Origin: Microcystis aeruginosa NIES-2549
Lineage (GTDB): Bacteria; Cyanobacteriota; Cyanobacteriia; Cyanobacteriales; Microcystaceae
Reading direction: 5' to 3'
Length of the DNA: 32,000 nt
NCBI RefSeq assembly: GCF_000981785.2
Contig: NZ_CP011304.1
Span: forward strand, 3,240,001 to 3,272,000
Shown here in pieces: positions 16,816 to 23,987 of the stretch (position 1 is its first letter; each line of letters opens with the position of its first letter). Under the pieces are notes generated by a model. The model made no database searches. It was not told where the DNA came from and saw only the letters and a list, made by a program, of their open reading frames with translations. A program made the translations under genes and the position numbers.

Positions 16816-17754
16816 TCACTCCTCTGGTTTTTCAAGATTTTGTTTTTGGTTAGACTCAGAATTGTTAGTATTTTTAGATGCAGAGAAAAGTGATTGAAAA
16901 AAATCTTGCCAAGTTTCTAGTACAGTAGTAAATAAATCAATGGGGAGTAGAATTAACTTATTCAAATCAATTTCTGAAGATTTTTGGTTGATGCTTTGAA
17001 CTTCCTCCCAGTGATCCTGATCAACTAATTCAGATAAACTTCGCCATCCACCAGCGTCTTCTAGGGTTTTTCTTTTTTTAGAGCCAGTAACGATTACTAA
17101 AATATCATAGTCAGAAGGTAAGTAACATCGACCAATTTCTTCAGATAGTTCATTTTTCATCTGAGGCACATTTTTACCAATTTTTTTGATTAATTCTGGG
17201 GCTTCACCAGTAGGAATTGTGTAAAAACTTTCTGGGAAAACTAACTGGTATAACTCTTCAAAACGGGGATAAAACCCATATTGATTATTTTGAATATCGT
17301 CGGATAATTGAGTGTCAATATCTTTTAAAAAAAGAACGGCTCTGTCAATTTTTTCCGCTAAAGATTCTTGATTTTCCTCTTTTAAAGTGAAAGCGGCCAT
17401 TTGACGAAAGCCAAAATCAGTTTTCTCATTATCTTCTGCAAGCCATACTACATCAACTGTGATCTGACGGGGTTCAGAATCTTGACGAGGAATTTTTTTA
17501 GGTTGCATTTGGCTTGTTATACTATCAAATGACTCTTGAATTTTGTAAGGCTCAATTCCCGTTATCATTAAAAGAAGTTGGTTTGTTGGTAATCTTTCTA
17601 AGACGAGAGAGGGAGAATCTTGTGCAATTAAATTGGTCGCTGTTGAAGATAACGGTGGAATTCGAGTATTAATCTTCCCGTCCTGACTAACTTCTAGCCA
17701 ACGGTAGTCTTGTTCAGGTTGATAATACCCGCGACTTTGAACATAAATCTTCAT
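16816..17754 (-). CDS. Hypothetical protein, 312 aa, no recognisable motif (third gene of the NTPase/vWA operon)
   Basis: This long ORF is preceded by a strong SD (TAAATAGAGGAGGTAATC-ATG) 11 nt after the upstream stop, and its own stop is 7 nt before the next start. The C-terminal tail is low-complexity (SKNTNNSESNQKQNLEKPEE). Confidence 0.6.
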   Translation of the reverse strand: MKIYVQSRGYYQPEQDYRWLEVSQDGKINTRIPPLSSTATNLIAQDSPSLVLERLPTNQLLLMITGIEPYKIQESFDSITSQMQPKKIPRQDSEPRQITVDVVWLAEDNEKTDFGFRQMAAFTLKEENQESLAEKIDRAVLFLKDIDTQLSDDIQNNQYGFYPRFEELYQLVFPESFYTIPTGEAPELIKKIGKNVPQMKNELSEEIGRCYLPSDYDILVIVTGSKKRKTLEDAGGWRSLSELVDQDHWEEVQSINQKSSEIDLNKLILLPIDLFTTVLETWQDFFQSLFSASKNTNNSESNQKQNLEKPEE

Positions 17755-17765
17755 GATTACCTCCT

Positions 17766-18863
17766 CTATTTAGGTCTTTTTAAAAAGAGTAGTGGATGAC
17801 CCTGTATGATCGTGAAACCGTCTATATTTTCTTTGCGGCTTTGAGCAAAGGTTTTAACTGCTTGGCCAAAAGGAGTTTCATCTCCACCAAACAATTCACG
17901 AATTGTTCTCAATATGGGAGAACGTTCAACTAATAATTGATCATTACAAATCTTGAATAAAAAACTCAGAAGATAGCGAAGTAATTGATCTCCATTTTCG
18001 GGTTTATAACGAGCGTCTATACTCGTTTTACGAAACCAAAATCGAGGTTTATTACCATCTTCTACTTCATATTTCCAAAAATGCAAACATCCAACTGTTT
18101 GAACTGGGGCTGTAATGACTGCTATGTTCTCAGAGCGGCCTTGCAAAAAGGCTAGTAAAGGCTCATATTTTTCCTGAATATGAGCTATCAGTTTTTGACT
18201 AGGTTGTTTTTCTTGTACATAGTAGTTGCCGTCTTTGTCTTCGATTTTTTGTACATAGGTTTCGCATTTAACAGGAGCTAAAATAACTAGCTTAGGGTTT
18301 CTAGGGTTGGCACAAGCGGCTTTTAATAATTCAAGGACTTCTTTAGGTTGGTTTCTTGATTGATGCCATTTTCCACTGTCATTAGATATATCCCAATCTT
18401 TACGGTTTTGAAAATTTTCTCTTTTGGGTTCTAACATAGCGGGTGTATCAATGGTGACGATCACTCCATAGGACTCTTGAATTAACTTTTTAACAAATTC
18501 CCTTTCCATCTTATCTTTTGAAGTCAGATATCCCCCTGGATAATCTCTAAAAATAAGCCTTATTTTACTATTCTTATAAACTAAATCAAAAACATATTTC
18601 GGTAAAGAATCAGGACCAGCAATTGCCTTTGTACCTTGGAGTCCTTTATCTCGCTCATCTGCTCTCATTTGATTTTGTAAACTTTTTAATTGTTCCAAGT
18701 ATTTATCCAGAATTTTTTTAGTTTCTTCATCAGGAATTAATTTAAAATCAATATCTTTGGCAATACGTTCCAACTTTTCATACATCGCCAACAGAAGCGT
18801 TGTTTTGCCTACACCACTTGCTCCTAACATCGTAATTTGAAATTCGTTTCCTTTTGGGTTCAT
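17766..18863 (-). CDS. P-loop GTPase-like protein (TRAFAC-type G1/G3 motifs)
   Basis: G1 is MLGASGVGKTTLL (aa 12-24) and G3-like is FRDYPGG (aa 105-111), with a ~85-aa coiled/helical insert between them. A possible G4-like APVKCE is at aa 196-201. An AAGGA SD lies ~12 nt upstream of the ATG. Confidence 0.65.
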   Translation of the reverse strand: MNPKGNEFQITMLGASGVGKTTLLLAMYEKLERIAKDIDFKLIPDEETKKILDKYLEQLKSLQNQMRADERDKGLQGTKAIAGPDSLPKYVFDLVYKNSKIRLIFRDYPGGYLTSKDKMEREFVKKLIQESYGVIVTIDTPAMLEPKRENFQNRKDWDISNDSGKWHQSRNQPKEVLELLKAACANPRNPKLVILAPVKCETYVQKIEDKDGNYYVQEKQPSQKLIAHIQEKYEPLLAFLQGRSENIAVITAPVQTVGCLHFWKYEVEDGNKPRFWFRKTSIDARYKPENGDQLLRYLLSFLFKICNDQLLVERSPILRTIRELFGGDETPFGQAVKTFAQSRKENIDGFTIIQGHPLLFLKRPK

Positions 18864-18900
18864 AAGAATGAGTTCCTTGTAAAGTTAAGTTTGACGATAA

Positions 18901-20970
18901 TTAATTGACAAATTGTAATGCTTGCAGTTGATTGACTTGAGCAACTTGTTCAACTGCATTGAGCCACTGTTGACGATGATTTTGTTCGGTATCTCCTCCA
19001 AATTCTTCTGGCCAAATATAAAATTTTTGATCATACTGGAAAATCTCCCATGCTTTTCTGACACCTTCTGAACGAGTAATTTGATCAACAAATTCTTCAA
19101 TTTCGATCAAGATTTCTTTTCCAGGCTTAGAAGATATTTTCGAAGGTAATTCAACTTCACAATGAAAAATCACTTCGCCATGAATGATTTCTAAATTATG
19201 TTGAATTTCTTCCGCTTTTTTTTGCTTAATTTCTGGGGTATCTTCGTTCCCGCCTGGTATTTTGGTTAACTCCATATTAGTTTTATTAGGATTAAAATTG
19301 TCTAGGTAATCTCTGACTACGGAACGAATATGATTTCGATAAGTCATCTCAAAATTAGCCAAGGCTTCAAGAGGTTGTTTCAGAGGTTTTAAAGAGTCAT
19401 CATCTGGGATAATTTCTACTAATTTTTTCAAGAATTGAGATCCTTGAAGATTAACTAACTGAGGAATATTCCCTAAATTAAGAGACTCTCTTAAACTTTG
19501 ACTTACTTTTTCTTTCGCTTCTTCTACTTTTCTGCTCATTCCATTTTCCATTGAAGTAAAATTACGAGTTAAATGAGTACGAACATCATGTAAGTAATTA
19601 GAATAAGTTATCTTCCAATCTTTTTTTTGTTTTATGTACCCTACTAAAATTTGTTCAATATCAGGAATTCCTGTATCATTTTTACAGTTTTCAATAACGG
19701 AAATTACTTCTTGCCTAAAATTATTTTCATCTTCATTTTTTTCTGAGTTTAAATTATCCACCAATCTATCAAGATTATATGTAATAGCAAACCAAGAATT
19801 TTCGTATAAACTAGACATTTTATGCTGTTCATTGACATATGACTTAGATAAACCAGTAGTCCAATCTTGTCGAGCTTTTGCTAATTCTTGGGCCACTCTC
19901 TGTTGAAGTTTATTCAATTCCTCTTGATAAGTTCTAACGTATTTTTCATCTAACGAAGTAATGTTATCTATCATATAGTCTAAAACTAGATCAAGAACAC
20001 GATTAGCTTCGTTAGAATCATTGCAATTAGCAATTTCACATCTCACAACATCAATGTGTTTGCTTTGAATAGTGTCCTTGTGATCCTGACAACCTTCTAG
20101 ATTACTATTATCATAGTTAAGAATCATAAAAGAACGCCTATTCAAAGAATCTAAAGCTTGATAGGCTGTTTTATATAAATCTGTATCTCTCGGTTCCCAT
20201 CCATAACGTTTGTCGTCACGATCAGGACGACGAATAAAAAGAACTATATCAACTTCTTGTCCTAAAGTTTTGAACATTAAATCCTCATCTCCCAGTCGAG
20301 TATCGCCTAAACCCGGAACATCAACCAAGGCAATCTGTTGTACATCTTGATTGGGAAAAGGACAAGAAATTTTCACGGAATTGACCGCTAAATGATCGAA
20401 AAAAATCAATTTTTTTTTCTCATCTCTTGGTTGAGAAACATATTTATAGATTTCAGATTTAGGAACACTCGATAAGATTTTAGGTGAGCCTGTTTGTAAG
20501 TGAGGTTTGTATGATTGTAAATGGTCATGATAATCATCTTTTAAGTGTCCATAAATGCTTTTTAAAGTCGCATTGCCCTGTTCGTAAGAAAAGTCAGGAA
20601 CAGGGAGAGGTTTTTCAAAATCTTCAATCGTCCGGGGAGGAGTCAGTTTTAAGGCTTTATAATAAGGAGTAATGACAGTTGTCAAAAAGGATTCTTGTGT
20701 GTGAAAAGTCACCTCACCTTCGGTTTCTCCTTCCTTATACTCAATCTTACTCTTACACGCTGTACAAGCTGCTCCTTCTTTTGCTGGAATTACATCATTG
20801 CCCAATCCACTAATCCTTTGTAAAAAAGTGCTTTTTCCTTGACCCATTAAGCCAACAACACCAATATTGATCGTTCCTCGTTGATAGCGATTCATTAGAT
20901 CAGTTAAACGATTTATTTGATGGGAAATGTTAACAGATATATCTGCCAAGTTAACCTGACAGGGGGACAA
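18901..20970 (-). CDS. Dynamin-like GTPase, major (C-terminal 681-aa) portion of a gene split by a MITE
   Basis: G1 is GLMGQGKSTFLQRISG (aa 40-55). The dynamin-type G3 is ALVDVPGLGD (aa 214-223). A long helical stalk-like C-terminal half follows. The first 8 codons, including the TTG start at 20970, are encoded by the MITE inverted repeat and the target-site duplication. Confidence 0.7.
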   Translation of the reverse strand: MSPCQVNLADISVNISHQINRLTDLMNRYQRGTINIGVVGLMGQGKSTFLQRISGLGNDVIPAKEGAACTACKSKIEYKEGETEGEVTFHTQESFLTTVITPYYKALKLTPPRTIEDFEKPLPVPDFSYEQGNATLKSIYGHLKDDYHDHLQSYKPHLQTGSPKILSSVPKSEIYKYVSQPRDEKKKLIFFDHLAVNSVKISCPFPNQDVQQIALVDVPGLGDTRLGDEDLMFKTLGQEVDIVLFIRRPDRDDKRYGWEPRDTDLYKTAYQALDSLNRRSFMILNYDNSNLEGCQDHKDTIQSKHIDVVRCEIANCNDSNEANRVLDLVLDYMIDNITSLDEKYVRTYQEELNKLQQRVAQELAKARQDWTTGLSKSYVNEQHKMSSLYENSWFAITYNLDRLVDNLNSEKNEDENNFRQEVISVIENCKNDTGIPDIEQILVGYIKQKKDWKITYSNYLHDVRTHLTRNFTSMENGMSRKVEEAKEKVSQSLRESLNLGNIPQLVNLQGSQFLKKLVEIIPDDDSLKPLKQPLEALANFEMTYRNHIRSVVRDYLDNFNPNKTNMELTKIPGGNEDTPEIKQKKAEEIQHNLEIIHGEVIFHCEVELPSKISSKPGKEILIEIEEFVDQITRSEGVRKAWEIFQYDQKFYIWPEEFGGDTEQNHRQQWLNAVEQVAQVNQLQALQFVN

Positions 20971-21187
20971 GACCTCTCAAAGCATTGTCCACAAAGGTTT
21001 TGAGGCTCCTCAGTTACAAACAGATACATCGCTTTCAGCCAAAAAGCTAACGAAATAATCAGGGATTTGGGCGAGCTTACTAGAAATATTTATCAACAAC
21101 GGGGGGTGAGCTGCATCGAACTTTTTCGCTCCAACACCCCAAAAAGCTTGTGATGTAAGGAGTTCAGCCAGCTTGTCCCCCTGTCAG
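20956..21187. mobile_element. 232-bp non-autonomous element (MITE) with 16-bp perfect terminal inverted repeats and a 9-bp target-site duplication
   Basis: The TIRs are CTGACAGGGGGACAAG (20956-20971) and CTTGTCCCCCTGTCAG (21172-21187). They are flanked by the direct repeat CAAGTTAAC at 20947-20955 and 21188-21196. There is no ORF inside. Confidence 0.85.
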
Positions 21188-21376
21188 CAAGTTAACAGTT
21201 CTTAAGAAATCAATTACTGCGGCTTCCTTTGATTCTCCCATCAGTCTAACTCTGAGACTTTCGAGCGTGTCTATATTTCCTTTAAGGGTTGTTAAGTTGT
21301 TATTGACTTGTTTAATCTTAGAAACGAGAGGTTCTCTTTTTTGGACAATTTGTTGAATCTTGGTGCGTCTTGACAT
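21164..21376 (-). pseudogene. N-terminal 63 codons of the dynamin-like GTPase gene, severed by the MITE (the last 7 codons and the stop are read from the element)
   Basis: MSRRTKIQQIVQKREPLVSKIKQVNNNLTTLKGNIDTLESLRVRLMGESKEAAVIDFLRTVNL is coiled-coil-like. It then runs into the TIR as LTGGQAG*. The codons GTT AAC TTG of the TSD are in frame in both fragments. Confidence 0.75.
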
Positions 21377-21468
21377 GGTGATATTCTCAGTACAGGATAA
21401 AAAGCTTAAAAAGTAGATAAGAGTAGGATTTTCTAAGAAATAGAACTGATCTCAAAAACCCCCACAAG

Positions 21469-21672
21469 TCAGTATAGCGAATTAAAGCAAGCTCTTAAAC
21501 CCCATTTGGTATGGCAGGTCGCCAGACTCTCATTTTTGACCTTGGTAAATTGTTGTAATTTGCCAGAAATTAACAGCATTGCCTGTTGTAGCGCAGGAAT
21601 AATATCTGAATCGAGGGGTAACGCAGATTCTAGGGTTACGTTGGTTGTGAGGTTGTAAAGGGTATTAGGCAT
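21469..21672 (-). CDS. Hypothetical small protein (67 aa), doubtful
   Basis: An ORF only. I recognise no motif and no clear SD. Confidence 0.25.
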   Translation of the reverse strand: MPNTLYNLTTNVTLESALPLDSDIIPALQQAMLLISGKLQQFTKVKNESLATCHTKWGLRACFNSLY

Positions 21673-22312
21673 GGGATGAACTGGGGATAAAAAAGAGAAT
21701 TAAACAGGATTCAGCGATATTTTGGTGGCAAAATCGATAAATTTGCACAACAATATCCCAAATATCCCAATGGACAACAAAGCCAATCGAGAGATTAGGA
21801 GAATAATTGGTTAGGGAATATCAAATTGATCTAAAAACTCATCCGCGAGTCTAGCATAAGCTACCTAGCTATGTCAAGAAGTTTTCTGTAATTTCACAGA
21901 AACTTTAGAAAAATTTAAGTAATTACCCCGTGTGCAACTATATTTTTAGTCTTGATTTACAAGGCTTTCAGAAATCAGCAGAGATAAAGTATCCTCTGTA
22001 ACCCTGATTCTGTCGTTTTTAGTTGCACATCGCGTGCAATTATTCCTTCTATGTCCTGGGTTATAACTTTTGAGATTGTCTGGGCTGCTACCGGTAAGGC
22101 GATGTTTATATTGTTAAGTTGTGTTAATAGCTTAATTTCTATGGTTTTCATAGTCTAAAAACAATGGTTATCCTCTTGTGTGAATAGGAGGAAAATCTAA
22201 GCTGGTATCTCCAATTCAGTCGCTCATAACTAGACAAGAGAAACTGTAGCGATTAATAAGTGCCTAAGCAAAATTAATTACACATTTAAGCCGCTACTCT
22301 GTCACTAAACAC

Positions 22313-22345
22313 AGAAAACGGGTTTCTTGAAGAAACCCGTTTTTT
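22313..22345. repeat. Palindromic hairpin element, copy 2 (terminator-like: followed by a T-run on the + strand)
   Basis: AGAAAACGGGTTTCTTGAAGAAACCCGTTTTTTT lies 18 nt downstream of the Rpn-family gene stop. Confidence 0.9.
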
Positions 22346-22362
22346 TGGGCGACAAACCAGAA

Positions 22363-23316
22363 TTATTCAGGTTGGATTAACTGATTTAAATAGCCTTGAA
22401 AATCTGAGATTGAGTCAAGAGTAATCGCTTGTCTGTGGAGATTTTTTAGAAGAGAAGTGTCTTGAATTTGGCTAATCTTATTAACCAGTTCAGAAGGCAC
22501 ATTCTCAAACCGAATCTCAAGGGCATCAATGACAGATTCTCGAGCTTTTTGAATCATCCCTTTTTCCATTCCCATTCTTTCAACACTGGTAATATAAGGC
22601 ATTCTTTTTTCCTCCTCGTACTGATTTAATTCCTGTTGAAACTCCTGTTCTAATTCAGCGGGTAAGCTCATCAGCCAATCGATAAACTTAAAGAGGTTGA
22701 GAATATCCTCTCGTTGATAACCCTGTTCGTACAACCGTTTAGTTAATGTTAGTTTCGCTTCCTTGCGCTTTTTTCGGTTTTGCCGAGTTTCTAAAGCTTG
22801 GAGATGCGCCATCACGACTGTAGCAAAAGGGTTACGGCTGGCTGCTAAAGCTGACCACTGCTGCTTAAATTCTAGCAACTTGACGACCGGAAAGCGAAAA
22901 CTCACTTGACAATCAAATAACTCACGCTCAAATTGATTGGGTCGCCAAGAAGCATTATCATCACCTAAAACTGCCAAACTCGCTACTGAACGCCTGTAAC
23001 GATCATAAATGCGATAGTAATAGACAAACATCCGTTCAGCAAAGTCAATTTCTCGCTGACCCTGGATTTCTATGTGGATTAAAACCCAGGTCTCTTCTCC
23101 CGCCATACGATAAATTTTCACCAACTTATCGACGAGACGTTTGCCTAACTCAGCATCGCGCACCACTTGTTGAAGTTCTTTGTCGAGAAATTCAAAGCCT
23201 TGATTCCAATCAATACCCGCGTGAGCTTGAGGAAAAAAGAAGGAAACAAAGTCTTCAAAGTAGATTTCTAAGACATCTTTCCAAGGAGTATCAAAATCAG
23301 TATTTGGGTTATTCAT
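22363..23316 (-). CDS. Rpn-family recombination-promoting nuclease / putative transposase (PD-(D/E)XK) with a DUF4351-like C-terminal domain
   Basis: MNNPNTDFDTPWKDVLEIYFEDFVSFFFP...DKLVKIYRMAGEETWVLIHIEIQGQRE...MFVYYYRIYDRY is typical of the abundant cyanobacterial Rpn/PDDEXK family. The start is set to M33 (ATG 23316). The 32-codon track extension translates the hairpin element. Confidence 0.8.
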   Translation of the reverse strand: MNNPNTDFDTPWKDVLEIYFEDFVSFFFPQAHAGIDWNQGFEFLDKELQQVVRDAELGKRLVDKLVKIYRMAGEETWVLIHIEIQGQREIDFAERMFVYYYRIYDRYRRSVASLAVLGDDNASWRPNQFERELFDCQVSFRFPVVKLLEFKQQWSALAASRNPFATVVMAHLQALETRQNRKKRKEAKLTLTKRLYEQGYQREDILNLFKFIDWLMSLPAELEQEFQQELNQYEEEKRMPYITSVERMGMEKGMIQKARESVIDALEIRFENVPSELVNKISQIQDTSLLKNLHRQAITLDSISDFQGYLNQLIQPE

Positions 23317-23375
23317 TTCAGTTATCAGTTCTCTTGAACCACCGAAGTAATTTTTGTGATATACTGTACTTACGC

Positions 23376-23408
23376 AGAAAACGGGTTTCTTTGAGAAACC
23401 CGTTTTCT
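23376..23408. repeat. Palindromic hairpin element, copy 3
   Basis: AGAAAACGGGTTTCTTTGAGAAACCCGTTTTCT lies between the truncated and the intact Rpn-family genes. Confidence 0.9.
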
Positions 23409-23434
23409 CCAAAAGGCGATCGCTAACGGAAGAG

Positions 23435-23806
23435 CTAATCTGTTAAAGTATTTAACCAATTGATTAAATCTTCAACCGCAGAGAAGTCGAATAAAGCTTC
23501 TCCTAATGCTTCGACATCATCAATACTTAACTGCATAATTTTAGTTTCTAATGCAGGATTAATCTCCCCTAACTTGCGTTTAAGTTGACGAAGAATCAAT
23601 GTCTTTTCGCGTTCGATACCTTGTTCGATACCTTGACGCATCCAACTGGTAGTAATTTGCATAACTCCCTCCTGTACGGGTTGACTAAATGTGCTAATCT
23701 CTTCTTGGAATTGTATCTCTTCCACTGGATTAAGATTGAGATATGTATCAATAAATCCAGAAATTAATTGCATTCTCGCCGCATCTAACCTTAAAGTAAT
23801 TAACAA
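23435..23806 (-). pseudogene. 5'-truncated paralogue of the Rpn-family gene (C-terminal DUF4351-like part only)
   Basis: The 123-aa ORF (FIDTYLNLNPVEEIQFQEEI...ITTSWMRQGIEQGIE...LRQLKRKLGEI...LSIDDVEALGEALFDF) parallels the C-terminal half of 22363..23316 (FIDWLMSLPAELEQEFQQEL...ITSVERMGMEKGM...). No nuclease core lies upstream. Only ~55 nt separate it from hairpin copy 4. Confidence 0.65.
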
Positions 23807-23861
23807 GCGCAGACATTCCGCCTTAACCTTAGCTCGCTCTTTGTCTGCAATAGGGTGATCC

Positions 23862-23894
23862 AGAAAACGGGTTTCTTCAAGAAACCCGTTTTCT
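23862..23894. repeat. Palindromic hairpin element, copy 4
   Basis: AGAAAACGGGTTTCTTCAAGAAACCCGTTTTCT. Confidence 0.9.
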
Positions 23895-23901
23895 ATTCAA
23901 T

Positions 23902-23978
23902 CTCCTGACTCCTGACTCCTAACTCCTGACTCCTAACTCCTAACTACTGATAACTGATAACTGATAACTGATAACTGA
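23902..23978. repeat. Two adjacent heptanucleotide tandem arrays: (CTCCTRA)x6 then (CTGATAA)x4.5
   Basis: CTCCTGA CTCCTGA CTCCTAA CTCCTGA CTCCTAA CTCCTAA spans 23902-23943. CTGATAA x4 plus CTGA spans 23947-23978, ending 10 nt from the MFS gene stop. Confidence 0.95.
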
Positions 23979-23987
23979 AAAGTTTCG

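Noticed and set aside
16559-16819. 86-aa minus-strand ORF overlapping the start of the NTPase-vWA gene
   Set aside because: It is an out-of-frame overlap with two well-supported, SD-preceded genes and has a Leu/Ile/Lys-rich AT-bias composition.
18885-20672. Small ORFs within the dynamin-like gene (18885..19100, 19634..19906, 20484..20672), plus 14857..15081 and 10360..10674
   Set aside because: They are nested or antisense ORFs in AT-rich DNA with no independent signals.
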